30,305 nucleotides of DNA from a virus (IMGVR_UViG_3300012232_000038:1-30305); one strand, 5' to 3'. Positions 15,646-25,686 are shown, numbered from the stretch's first letter. Numbers and translations are program-made. The notes: generated by a model not told the origin, from the sequence alone.

Positions 15646-16952
15646 GCCAGAAGAACCCGATCCGGGTCTATACCTCGGTTCCGCAACGTCACACGGCATC
15701 GTTCTACTACCGGCTTCAGGTTCCCCTGCGAGCGGCGCAGGCGCTTCAGTTGCCGGTCAAGGCGGTGGTTGACACCGACTCGGCCTCGGTCTCGAACGAG
15801 GATCGGGTCCGCATCTTCTCCGAGTCCGACATCATCCTGCTCTATCAGCCGGTGGGGGAGTCGGCCAACCACAACGTTCGGGGGCTCCAGGGATTCCTGC
15901 CTAGCAAGCGGGAGGAAGGCTGGAAGTGGGCTCCATCGGTGGTGATCGAGACCGACGACAACCTGTTCAACGTCTCGCCGCTGAACCACGCCTTCAAAGG
16001 CCTGGGATTCCGCGACATGAATGGCACCGAGATTCCGCTTGGGCACCATGTCGGCGTGATGCGGGACGGCGAGCGCAAGGTATTGTGGAAGGACGGCGAG
16101 GGCGGTTTCTCGCTGGCTAAGAACCGTCAGGCAATCGCTGCCTATCGGGCGATCTGTGAGATGGCGGATGCGATTCAGTGCTCGACCCCAGACGTCGAGC
16201 AGGCAGTTAGGCGAGAGGTCACGCCGCGTCGGTCGCGGGTGTTTCCCAACTCCGTGCTGATGTCGGACTACGAGCAGGTGGACATCCGCACCGACCCCGA
16301 CCAGGTCAAGATTCTCTGGCAGGGCGGAAACGCCCATTACGAGGACTGGTATCCGCTGCGCGAGGCGCTGGGCAACATCACCAAGAAATATCCCCAGGTC
16401 CACTGGGTGATCTGGGGGGCCAGTTTCCCCTGGGTCAACGAACTGATCCCGGCGCATCGGATGACGCTTCAGCCGTGGTGTAACTATCCGGAATACAAGC
16501 TCCGGCTGGCGATGGTGGGCCATGACATCAACCTGGCTCCGCTGACCGATAACGTGTTCAACACCTGCCGCTCGGCGATCAAGTGGTACGAATCCTCGGT
16601 GCTGAAAAAGCCGATTCCAACCCTAGCCCAGAACACCGCGGCCTATGGCCGGGAGATGGTGGAGGGCGAGACCGGGCTGCTGTTCAATGACGCCAAGGAG
16701 TTTGAGTCTCAGTTGGGCCGGCTGATCGAGGACGCCACGCTGAGAAAGACCCTGGGCGAGAACGCCAAGGACTGGGTCCATGAGAACCGCGATGCGATGA
16801 AGCTGGTTCCCGAGATCGTGTCGTTCTGGGAGGAGATGCGGGAGGAGCGGAAGATCGAGCAGCCGCACGTCTCCGACGATGAGTGGCGGGAGATCGTGTT
16901 GCAGGCCGAAGCCGAGGAGATGCAGGAGCAGCCCATCGTTCCCGTGGGGTAA
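15642..16952 (+). CDS. GT-B glycosyltransferase (GT4-like)
   Basis: FYYRLQVP, VIETDDNL, ADAIQCST, VFPNSV, WQGGNAHYED, DINLAPL.DNVFN.CRSAIKWYE, TGLLF. Confidence 0.88.
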   Translation: MSQKNPIRVYTSVPQRHTASFYYRLQVPLRAAQALQLPVKAVVDTDSASVSNEDRVRIFSESDIILLYQPVGESANHNVRGLQGFLPSKREEGWKWAPSVVIETDDNLFNVSPLNHAFKGLGFRDMNGTEIPLGHHVGVMRDGERKVLWKDGEGGFSLAKNRQAIAAYRAICEMADAIQCSTPDVEQAVRREVTPRRSRVFPNSVLMSDYEQVDIRTDPDQVKILWQGGNAHYEDWYPLREALGNITKKYPQVHWVIWGASFPWVNELIPAHRMTLQPWCNYPEYKLRLAMVGHDINLAPLTDNVFNTCRSAIKWYESSVLKKPIPTLAQNTAAYGREMVEGETGLLFNDAKEFESQLGRLIEDATLRKTLGENAKDWVHENRDAMKLVPEIVSFWEEMREERKIEQPHVSDDEWREIVLQAEAEEMQEQPIVPVG

Positions 16953-16955
16953 GTC

Positions 16956-17870
16956 ATGGCGCTGAGCTTTGCCAGCACCAAGCCGTGGGTGACCGCAATC
17001 GGAGAGATCGCCGATACGGTCGGTGCCTCCGCTCAGGGGGCGATGACCGACCGCGCCCACAAGTCCCTGGTCGCAGCCTTCCAGTACTTCAACGGCCACA
17101 AGTGGGAGTTCCTGACCACCGAGGCGACGCCGATCGCCGTGCAGGGACCCTTTGCGGTCTCGATCACCGCCTCCTCGGGCCAGGTCACGGCAACTACGCT
17201 GGCGGGTCACGGGGTCAGAATCGATGATCTCCTGATCGGCAACGGCTTCACCGTCAATACCCGGGTCACGGCGACCGGATCGACTTCAATCGCCTTCAAC
17301 GTCGCGGTCTCAACGGCGGCCGGAGCCCAGAGCTACGACGTCTCCGCCCAGCGGGCGTTCTACGACCTCCCCGCTGACTTCAAGGTCGAGTATTCGGCCG
17401 AGCTGCTGAACAGCGGCTTCACCCTCCAATCGCTACGCCGGAGGATGCGGGTCCGGGGCGGGATACCGACCACGCAGGCCGGGCAGCCGGTCCGTTACGA
17501 CATCTTCTCGGTCGGCCAGAAGGGCAAGATCCGGCTGATTCCCGAGCCGGGAGCCAACGATACGCTCCAGCTTGGCTACTACCGTCGCATGGCGGTGGGC
17601 TCGGCCTCCGGTGATAGCACGACGCTCGATGTCCCGGCCGACTACGAGCTGTACGTCATCGCCTGGGCCAAGTGGCACTTCCTGATGGACAAGAGCGAGG
17701 GGCGTTCGGAACAGGGCAATACCTGGATGGCGCTGGCCAAGGAGGGCCTGGTGACGATGGAGTCCGATCAGACCAACCATCCTGACGAGGGGCTGGCCTT
17801 CACGCCGGGTCACTACACCGGCGATCCGACCTCGCCCAACGACGTGCGCCCGTACCTCAATGAGCCGTAG
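16956..17870 (+). CDS. head-tail adaptor / tail tubular protein A-like
   Basis: KWEFL, YDLPADF, GQPVRY, IRLIPEP, DVPADY motifs with an S/T-rich insertion. Position fits. Confidence 0.75.
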   Translation: MALSFASTKPWVTAIGEIADTVGASAQGAMTDRAHKSLVAAFQYFNGHKWEFLTTEATPIAVQGPFAVSITASSGQVTATTLAGHGVRIDDLLIGNGFTVNTRVTATGSTSIAFNVAVSTAAGAQSYDVSAQRAFYDLPADFKVEYSAELLNSGFTLQSLRRRMRVRGGIPTTQAGQPVRYDIFSVGQKGKIRLIPEPGANDTLQLGYYRRMAVGSASGDSTTLDVPADYELYVIAWAKWHFLMDKSEGRSEQGNTWMALAKEGLVTMESDQTNHPDEGLAFTPGHYTGDPTSPNDVRPYLNEP

Positions 17871-17872
17871 CC

Positions 17873-20437
17873 GTGGCCCGTCACGAGGAGCGCCTTAACG
17901 GCGGCCTGGTCACCAACGTTGATCCGGCATTCCTGGAGCCTGGCCAGCTCACCCTCACCAAGAACGCGGTCTACAAGTCGGGCAGCCAGTCGCTGCACCG
18001 CGCCAAGGGCCGCAACGTCTTTGGCACCGTCACCGCGACCGGGCACGACGTCGATGGGCTGAGGGACGCCCATTTCGACAACGGCGACCACTACCTGATC
18101 TCCCACTCCTCGGCGTTCTACTCCACCGCCACGGTGGGGGACACCGGCACCTTTGGAGTCGCGGCTTCTGGGTTGGGGGACGGCACCCAACTCGACGTCG
18201 TTCACTACCGGAACCGCTTCTATCTGTTCAACGGCGTTCAGACCGACATCACTGCGGCGTCGTCCAACCGTGCGTTTTATCTCAGCGCCACGGCGGCCGG
18301 CACGCCTCCGACCACCAGACTGCACGGTCTGCTGCCGGTGATCGCGGCTCCCGCGACCAGCACCACGGCCGTGACCTTCTCCCAGACCGTGACCGGCTAT
18401 TACGAATATTGGACCACCGAGGTGGCCAAGATCACCCAGGACGGATCTGAGTTCGTGATCGAGTCCACCTTCGATTCCAACACCGGCCCGACCACGGTGT
18501 TCGTCAGCAGCACCGGCATGTCCCCGATCCTGGAGATGCCGGCTCTCCGCAACCCCAGCGCCACCCACTGGCGCATCTACCGGAGCCCGAAGAAGGAGAA
18601 GGAGTCGGACAAGAAGTTCCCCTCCGGGTTCATGATCTCCGAGGTCGCGGCTTCGGGGGCCAGCGCCACCGCGTTTGTGACCGACACCTCGGTGACCGCA
18701 TCGGCCACGTCATTTCCCGCCAGCGTGGATACCACGGCGGGGTTCTTCGGCTTCGCCAGCGCCTCCAGCATCACCTCGGACAATGGGGTTTATGCCTCGG
18801 GGACGGTGCCGTCCATTCTGGCCCCGGTGGCCCAGGGAGCCTTTGGCTTCAACCTGGGCGGGTTCACCGGCACAGTGAAGGGTATCTCGGTCGAAGTGCA
18901 GGGCTACGTCTCGGCTGGCACGGGTCCGGTGCCAGTCCAGGTCACGATCGGTAAGCGCGATTCAACCAACGCCAAGTTCGTGACTCAGCTTCTGGTACCG
19001 CGCACCGCCTCCAAGTCTGGCACCATCACCAGCACCAGCTCGGCCTCACCGACCACGTTCACCGTGGGCAGCGCTACCGATCGCTGGTTTCCGAGCAATC
19101 TTCCCGGACTGGTGGCCGGAGACTTTGACGGCACCTTCATGGTGGTGCTGACGATCAGCAAGCCATCGGTCTCAGTCGGTATCGACTACGTCAAGACCAC
19201 GGTCTACTACGCCGCCACGGTGGACTCGGTGGTGCCCTTCCCGACCGTGGTTTACACCTTCGGCGACCAGACCATCCAGGTCGGCAAGAACGGCCCGCCG
19301 CCCAGCGCCGATACCGCAGACGTGTTCGAGGACTGCCTGGTCTGCAACGACGTGGCGTTCCCGAGCCTGCTCAAGTGGAGCTATCCCGGTGACCCGGAGG
19401 CCTTCCCAGCCACCTACTTTCTCGACTTCGAGACTCGGGATAACGACCGCATCCGCAACATCAAGGTGGTCAACAATGTCCTGGTGGTGGGGCTCGACAA
19501 CTCGATCTGGCGGGTCAAGTACCTGCCCAGCGAGCGCGACGCCAGCTTCGACCGAGGCAAGGCGATGGAGGCGATCTCGCGCACCTTCGGGATCGTCAAT
19601 CCGATGTGCTCCTGTGTCTACACCCCGGATGGATCGGCCACCGAACGGCTGGCCTTTGTCTCCAACAAGGGCATCCATTCGACGGATGGCTTCGACTTCT
19701 ATGACTTGACGGCACTCGACTGGCGGCAGGTGATCTCGACCACCAGCACCAGCACCCCGATCGCGCTGGTCAACGATCCGGAGGAATCAGAACTCCTGTT
19801 CTACTACCGCAACGACAGCAACGGCAACGAGACCTATCTGTGTCTGCACCTGAACTACGGCGGAGACCACCTGGTCCGCGACCCGGCCTCGGGGGCGGTG
19901 ATGTGCAAGGTCTCGGGGCCGGTCCACATGAGAAACTTCACCACGCCAAACTTTGCCAATCTGAAGTCGGCCTGGGTCGTCCCGCGCTCCTCCGGTGCTC
20001 ATGGTGTATATCTGGGATACGGCGGAACGGGGGCCGCTACCGCGGCAGGATCGGGCAAGGTCTACTTCGAGACCGGGAGCACGATACCCGCGGAGGACCC
20101 GGCTTACTCGTGGCGCACGCGACGCATGTATCTGGCGGGATTCGCCAACGAGTGGAAGCTGGACGAGGTCTACAACTACCTCGCTACCAGCGTCGGGGCT
20201 CAAGCCCTGCAATACACCCTGCTTAACACGCTGACCAATAACGCCTCAGGAGAGCAGTCGGTGAGCCAGCCGGTTTACTCTCTCAACGGCCAGGTGTTCC
20301 ACTTCCTGCCCTCCAACACCGGACAGGCCGAGGGGCTGAGAATCCAGATGTCGGTGACCGCCGGACACGACGACATCGCCGACGAGTTGATGGTGCTGGA
20401 AGGCCAGGGTTTTGGTATGCAGGATTCCAAGAAGTAG
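17873..20437 (+). CDS. tail nozzle / tail tubular protein B-like (stabilisation protein)
   Basis: 854 aa beta-rich. N-terminal GGLVT..DP....PGQ....NA, LKWSYPGDPEAFP, WRIYRS. Position fits. Confidence 0.78.
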   Translation: MARHEERLNGGLVTNVDPAFLEPGQLTLTKNAVYKSGSQSLHRAKGRNVFGTVTATGHDVDGLRDAHFDNGDHYLISHSSAFYSTATVGDTGTFGVAASGLGDGTQLDVVHYRNRFYLFNGVQTDITAASSNRAFYLSATAAGTPPTTRLHGLLPVIAAPATSTTAVTFSQTVTGYYEYWTTEVAKITQDGSEFVIESTFDSNTGPTTVFVSSTGMSPILEMPALRNPSATHWRIYRSPKKEKESDKKFPSGFMISEVAASGASATAFVTDTSVTASATSFPASVDTTAGFFGFASASSITSDNGVYASGTVPSILAPVAQGAFGFNLGGFTGTVKGISVEVQGYVSAGTGPVPVQVTIGKRDSTNAKFVTQLLVPRTASKSGTITSTSSASPTTFTVGSATDRWFPSNLPGLVAGDFDGTFMVVLTISKPSVSVGIDYVKTTVYYAATVDSVVPFPTVVYTFGDQTIQVGKNGPPPSADTADVFEDCLVCNDVAFPSLLKWSYPGDPEAFPATYFLDFETRDNDRIRNIKVVNNVLVVGLDNSIWRVKYLPSERDASFDRGKAMEAISRTFGIVNPMCSCVYTPDGSATERLAFVSNKGIHSTDGFDFYDLTALDWRQVISTTSTSTPIALVNDPEESELLFYYRNDSNGNETYLCLHLNYGGDHLVRDPASGAVMCKVSGPVHMRNFTTPNFANLKSAWVVPRSSGAHGVYLGYGGTGAATAAGSGKVYFETGSTIPAEDPAYSWRTRRMYLAGFANEWKLDEVYNYLATSVGAQALQYTLLNTLTNNASGEQSVSQPVYSLNGQVFHFLPSNTGQAEGLRIQMSVTAGHDDIADELMVLEGQGFGMQDSKK

Positions 20438-20532
20438 GGGGCGGTACGAGAGACTACACCGGTTCTCCGTTTGCCCGGCTCGACCCCGAGATCAGGGCCG
20501 CGCTTAGCCCGATCGATTACTTCCTTCGGGAT

Positions 20533-22617
20533 TTGAGCCGTGGGATGGCCCGCATCCAGAACGGCGAGACTCCGGACGGATCGGGTGATCCAATCCCCGG
20601 CTCGGTGGATATCCCGAACGATGTTGGTGCGGTCCTGTTCGTCGGCCCCGGCCCGGTGCTCGATACCGACGGAAGCGCATTCTTCTATGACGACACCAAC
20701 AATCGTCTCGGTCTTGGAACCAGTGCTCCTCTGGCGGTCCTGCACATAGCTCAGGCTGGCACGACTGGCATGGTTGCGGATTCCACCAAGCAGCTTGGGT
20801 CAGGGGCCAACGTCTGGGGCGTCCAGCTTTCCGGGTCTCCGGGAGGTACTGGGCACGGGAATACGGCGACCAACGACGGGGCCGCCTCGGTCGTGGTCAT
20901 CAATAATGTCGTCCCGAATGACTACGACTTGCAGCTGAGATTCGATGTCCAAACCCTCCCGGCCTCCACCCGCTACTGGACGGTCCGACTCATTGCCTGT
21001 CAGAGCAAAGAGTTCTCGGTAGGGAGCCTGGTTCCTGACGGGGCGCTGCTTACTGTCCGACTCACCAACCACTCCGGGACCACGGCCTATGCTGGTCCGG
21101 TTCTGAATCTGGACACCGTGGTGGTCAACGCGACGGGGACCCCCTATATCGCGCTTGATTTCCTGATCGACACCCAGGGCGCAGCGTCCGGGAGCCTGCC
21201 TGAGGCCGATCTCCTGGAACTTGCCTTCGATCCCAACCCAGTGCTGGGCTACGACATCACCTTCCGGATCACTCAGATTCAAATCTTTGCTGGAACCAGT
21301 GCGGGAAACGGAAGCGATCTGACTCAGTGGTACACGAGCACGGGCGCAACGCTGACTTCTTGGGTGGACGTTGATGGATTCGCCAACTTCCCCAGGCTGA
21401 ACCTGCTGGATGCCACCGGCGACAAGCTGACGATCGTCCCGTCTGCGGCGACCACGGCCCATACCCTGACCATGCCGGGCGCCCAGGGAGCCGCCAACAC
21501 CTTCCTGCTCAACAACGGATCAGGGACTTTGAGTTGGAGCACGCTCGGCGCAGTGGGCGGGGACTTCCTCGACTCGCTGTTCCGCATCGTAGACAACGGA
21601 GACCCCACCAAGAAGCTGGCCTTCGAGGTCTCGGCGATCACCGCCGCTACGACTCGAACGGTCACTGTGCCCAACGCCTCGGGGACTCTTCCGCTGCTGG
21701 AATCGAATCAGGTCTTCTCGGGGATTCAGACCTTCACGCGAAGCGTGGGCGGGTCTGGAACCGTCGTGATCGATGGCGCGAGCGGTGTCACGGATGGGGT
21801 GACCTACACGGACAGCCTCGGCAACATTCTTTTCACGACCGTGGATGCCGCTACTAGCGGGTTCCCCGCAATGGCTGCGGGGTTTGCTTTCTACCCCGAC
21901 GGCAGCGTCGGAACTGGCAACTACGGCACCTTTGCCTCGGCGGCCCTGACTGCGGTGCGGACTTGGACCTTTCCCAACGTCAGCGGGACGGTGGCATTCT
22001 TGACCGCGGCCCAGACCTTCACCCAATCGACGTTGGGCGTCTCGTCTATCCTGATCTCCAGCACAGCATCCTCGGGGGTCTCGTTCACCGACACCACGAC
22101 CTCGACCAAGAAGCTCCGCATGGTGCTGTCGGGGGCGGTGGGCAACAACTCGATCACCCTGACAAACACCGCTGCTCGAAACTACGGCCTCGGCAATCTC
22201 TCGGGATTCATCCCGGTGGTGGGAGATGATCCGCCCGCGGTGGCCTCGGGCGCGCTCGGCAAGGTCGATCTCGCCGGCCAGACCGCAGCGATCGGGTCCA
22301 CTAACCTCTCCAGCACTCCGCCCGCCGGCCTCTACCGGGTGGAGGTCTATGCCGCCTGTACCACCGTCTCGGGGTCGGGAGCCCCGACGCTGGATGTGAA
22401 TATCGCCTGGACCGATGTGGTCGGGGCCACCAACCGTAACGTGACGGCCGAGCCCGGGTCCACGGCCTTTCCGCTCTCTCTGGCCGCCACCGGCCGGGCA
22501 TCGGCCACCCTGCTCTGCCAGGTGGCCTCGGGGGACATCGCTTACACGACCACCATCAATGCTGCGGCCGGGACGCCGCAGTATGCCATCTACATCCGGG
22601 TTGTTGCGCTCGGCTGA
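20533..22617 (+). CDS. tail fibre / receptor-binding protein, true start probably upstream
   Basis: FFYDDTNNRLGLGTSAP, TLTMPGAQG...NNGSGTLSW, DNGDPTKKLAFEVSAIT..TTRT.TVPNASGT fibre motifs. Confidence 0.8.
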   Translation: MSRGMARIQNGETPDGSGDPIPGSVDIPNDVGAVLFVGPGPVLDTDGSAFFYDDTNNRLGLGTSAPLAVLHIAQAGTTGMVADSTKQLGSGANVWGVQLSGSPGGTGHGNTATNDGAASVVVINNVVPNDYDLQLRFDVQTLPASTRYWTVRLIACQSKEFSVGSLVPDGALLTVRLTNHSGTTAYAGPVLNLDTVVVNATGTPYIALDFLIDTQGAASGSLPEADLLELAFDPNPVLGYDITFRITQIQIFAGTSAGNGSDLTQWYTSTGATLTSWVDVDGFANFPRLNLLDATGDKLTIVPSAATTAHTLTMPGAQGAANTFLLNNGSGTLSWSTLGAVGGDFLDSLFRIVDNGDPTKKLAFEVSAITAATTRTVTVPNASGTLPLLESNQVFSGIQTFTRSVGGSGTVVIDGASGVTDGVTYTDSLGNILFTTVDAATSGFPAMAAGFAFYPDGSVGTGNYGTFASAALTAVRTWTFPNVSGTVAFLTAAQTFTQSTLGVSSILISSTASSGVSFTDTTTSTKKLRMVLSGAVGNNSITLTNTAARNYGLGNLSGFIPVVGDDPPAVASGALGKVDLAGQTAAIGSTNLSSTPPAGLYRVEVYAACTTVSGSGAPTLDVNIAWTDVVGATNRNVTAEPGSTAFPLSLAATGRASATLLCQVASGDIAYTTTINAAAGTPQYAIYIRVVALG

Positions 22618-22656
22618 TCGTCGTAGGCTTGCCCGGACCCAAGGAAGGGGGATTCA

Positions 22657-23235
22657 ATGGCCACCGCCACAAACGCTGGAGCGGCAGCCGGAGCGGCCGG
22701 GATGGGTGGCTTCTCCCCGATGATGTTGCCGTTTTTGCTTTCGTTCGCTCCCGCATTGCTCAACAAGATTTTCGGTAAGGACCCGGCCAAGGAGTTGCGC
22801 CGTCAGATCGCCAAACTGACCGGGGCCGCTAATGTCGGCAAGGTCACCGACCAGTTCTACCAGCAGAATCTGGGTAGCCCGGCCTTCTCTCAGGCCCAGG
22901 GCAATATCGCCGCGGGAGCCAATGCCGCTCAGGGTCAGTTGGCGTCCAGCCTCGGGGCTCGCGGGCTCGGCACCTCCGGTACCGGGGCCATCCTCGGAGC
23001 CGCGATCCCCTCAATGGTCGGTCAGCAGCAAGCCGGTCTCCGAACCTCCGCCTTCGGCTCGGCTCAGAATCAGGCTCAGCAGGCGATCCGTGCCCAGCTA
23101 GAAGGTCTCGTTGGAACTCAGGGTCCAAGCCCCACCCAGCAGTTATTCGCCGGAGGACTCGAAAGTTTCGCCCCCTATCTGGAGCAGTTCATGAGGAATC
23201 GATTCCCCACTCAGTTCGGAGCCCAGCAACGATGA
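22657..23235 (+). CDS. putative DNA ejection (internal virion) protein
   Basis: Gly/Ala/Gln-rich with a hydrophobic N-terminus and LGARGLGTSG. Position fits. Confidence 0.65.
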   Translation: MATATNAGAAAGAAGMGGFSPMMLPFLLSFAPALLNKIFGKDPAKELRRQIAKLTGAANVGKVTDQFYQQNLGSPAFSQAQGNIAAGANAAQGQLASSLGARGLGTSGTGAILGAAIPSMVGQQQAGLRTSAFGSAQNQAQQAIRAQLEGLVGTQGPSPTQQLFAGGLESFAPYLEQFMRNRFPTQFGAQQR

Positions 23236-24443
23236 GCCTCGGACCTCCCAACGTAGCCGGCGACATTCCCGGGATGATGGGCAATACGCTTCAGGGCATG
23301 AATGTCCTGACGATGATGGAAGCATTGCGCCAGCGTCAGCAGGAAGAACTGATGCGGCGCTCGCAGGAGGCCGAGCAAGCAGCGGCGGCGGCTCAACAGA
23401 GCTACCAGCAGGCCGCCGCTGCGCCTCCCCCGCAAGCTGGACCGATGGACGCCTTCGCTCCGGTCCTGCTCGGCAACATCGCCTCGGTGATCGCCCAGGA
23501 CCCGAGCTTCCGTCAGCGGGGGCAGGAGCAACGGAGGGCGAGCCAGGCCGAACTGTTCAAGGCGCGGCAGGACAATCTGACCGCTCTCAGAGACGTCTAC
23601 TCCCAGAAGGCACAAGAGGCGGAGAGGGCCGGAGACCTGGAGCAGACGGAAAAGTATCGCCGCCAGTTCGAGCTTCTGAGCAAGAACATCGACATGCTTT
23701 CCCAGAAGCAGGCCAACGCGATGTCGCTGGAGGGGCTACGTCATCAGAATCGCCTAGCCGAGATCGAAGCCAGAGCGGGGGCCACCGAAAAGAGCCGGGA
23801 GGGCGACGAACAAGACATCCTCGATGCCGCTGATTCTGTGGTCTCGGGCGAGACCCAGATCACCGACTATCCGGTCTACCATCGCCCCAAGATCAACGCC
23901 GCGATCCGTCAGTCGGGACGCAAGATCATTCCCAAGAAGGCCCGCGACACCATTCAGGCTCTGAACGCTGCGACCAGCGTGATCGACGATCTGGAGCAGT
24001 TGTCCCAGAAGATCAACACCGGTAAGGCGGGGGTTGGGCGCTTGGTCACCGGAGCCCAGAAGGCCGCTGGGGCCGCGACCCAGCTTGATCCTGATGCCGC
24101 CAACTTCCTGAGCGCCAGAAACGGATTTCTTGCCACCATCTCCCGGGCTACCGGAGAACGTGGCGTCCTAACCGATCAGGACGTGAGTCGTGCCCGCGGG
24201 CTTCTCCCCAAGATCACCGACTCCAAGCAGGTGGCTCAGGACAAGATTGCCAGACTCCGGAGATTTATCGCCACCCAGCAAGAGCGGACGGTCTCGACCT
24301 ATACCACCCCATCGGCTGGCCAGTCCGCGCCATCGGTCGAGAACGGTCCGATCAAGGTCAGGGACAAGAACGGCAAAATCTGGGTGATCGACAAGTCCGA
24401 GCTGAAGGAAGCGATCGCTCACGGGTGGACTCGTGCCCAATAG
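23232..24443 (+). CDS. putative DNA ejection (internal virion) protein
   Basis: Coiled-coil, Gln/Ala-rich, GVLTDQD....LLP motif. Confidence 0.65.
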   Translation: MSLGPPNVAGDIPGMMGNTLQGMNVLTMMEALRQRQQEELMRRSQEAEQAAAAAQQSYQQAAAAPPPQAGPMDAFAPVLLGNIASVIAQDPSFRQRGQEQRRASQAELFKARQDNLTALRDVYSQKAQEAERAGDLEQTEKYRRQFELLSKNIDMLSQKQANAMSLEGLRHQNRLAEIEARAGATEKSREGDEQDILDAADSVVSGETQITDYPVYHRPKINAAIRQSGRKIIPKKARDTIQALNAATSVIDDLEQLSQKINTGKAGVGRLVTGAQKAAGAATQLDPDAANFLSARNGFLATISRATGERGVLTDQDVSRARGLLPKITDSKQVAQDKIARLRRFIATQQERTVSTYTTPSAGQSAPSVENGPIKVRDKNGKIWVIDKSELKEAIAHGWTRAQ

Positions 24444-25686
24444 CGATTACCAGCCCAAGACCGCGGTCTCCGAGGAAGAATGGATGCCGTCCTCGGCCAG
24501 GATTCCGGTCTCCGAGCACTCCAGGGCGCGACCGCAACGCAAGCCCCCAGAGGGCTCTCTGGAGGCCCAGGGGCTGGCGGGAGCCCGGGCAGTCAGGGAG
24601 CAGGCCTTGGGCCGTGCTGGGGCCGTTCTGCCCGGCCTGGGGGGATTCGCCGGGGGCGTTGCTGGCGGCATCCCGGGAGCCACGATCGGCGGTATGATCG
24701 GTAAGGCGGCCCAGCTAGGAGTTCCCGGTCTCAAGGCTGCATCTGGCATCAGGCCATCCAAGGCCGAAGCCCAAATCGAGACCTCGGAGGCTCTGCGTCA
24801 GATCGCTAGGGCGGGAGTCGAGCAGGGCCTGCTCCAGACCGGCGGCACCGCCGCAGTCAAGGTGCTGGGGGCAACCGGCAAGCTGGCCATGCGCGCCGCG
24901 CTCAAGGCCGATCCCCGCGTAGCCCAAACCGCGATCACTGAGGGAATCACCGCCACCAAGGCGGGGCTCCGTAAGCTGGGGCAGAAGATCGCCGAGTCCG
25001 GCGCGGTCACGACCAATCTGATCTCTCAGGCCACCCGATCGGGAAAGATCTTCAGCCCGGTCCAGATGGCTCGCGAAATCTTCCAGGAGCTTGGCCCGGT
25101 GGCCAGCAACCGGGCAGTCCCGATACCGGCCCAGACCGCGGTTCAGGATCTGACGCGGGCACTCATCAAGGGCAATCCCGGAGACAAGATCACGCCCGAT
25201 AAGCTTCAAGCCATCAAGCGCACTTCGGACGCAGCGTTGGAGCGCTACTATTCGAAGCTCGCTCCCGGCCGACCCCGGCCCGATCCTTCCAAGCTCCCGA
25301 TCCAGCTTCAGTGGCATAAGGCGGTTGCGGATAAGGCGCGGACCCTGTTGGAGACCATCCCCGGCGTCGCGACCCAGAATGCCCGCACCTCGTCTCTGCT
25401 CGAACTCCAGGGCCGCATGGCGCCAGCCCTCTCAGATCGATTGATGGTGAGGCTGGCTCTACAGGGCGCCCGCCCGGCGGCGGGGGCTCTGGCTGGGGCG
25501 ATGGTACCTGGCGATCGAGGAAGAAACGCGGCGATCGGAGCGGTGGCAGGAACGGCGGCGACTTCTCCGGCCCTGCTCTCCCAGCTAGCCCTGATGGCCA
25601 ACAACCCCATGCTGGCCCAGCTACTCCGCAATGCCCCCAACGCTTTGAGCATGTTGGCCACCGAGCCGGAGCCGGCCGCTCCCTAG
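24433..25686 (+). CDS. putative DNA ejection (internal virion) protein
   Basis: Glycine-zipper segments GGFAGGVAGGIPGATIGG and GAVAGTAA. Confidence 0.65.
   Translation: MPNSDYQPKTAVSEEEWMPSSARIPVSEHSRARPQRKPPEGSLEAQGLAGARAVREQALGRAGAVLPGLGGFAGGVAGGIPGATIGGMIGKAAQLGVPGLKAASGIRPSKAEAQIETSEALRQIARAGVEQGLLQTGGTAAVKVLGATGKLAMRAALKADPRVAQTAITEGITATKAGLRKLGQKIAESGAVTTNLISQATRSGKIFSPVQMAREIFQELGPVASNRAVPIPAQTAVQDLTRALIKGNPGDKITPDKLQAIKRTSDAALERYYSKLAPGRPRPDPSKLPIQLQWHKAVADKARTLLETIPGVATQNARTSSLLELQGRMAPALSDRLMVRLALQGARPAAGALAGAMVPGDRGRNAAIGAVAGTAATSPALLSQLALMANNPMLAQLLRNAPNALSMLATEPEPAAP

Noticed and set aside
20533-22617. Diversity-generating retroelement target
   Set aside because: No reverse transcriptase and no TR/VR repeat pair seen in the window.
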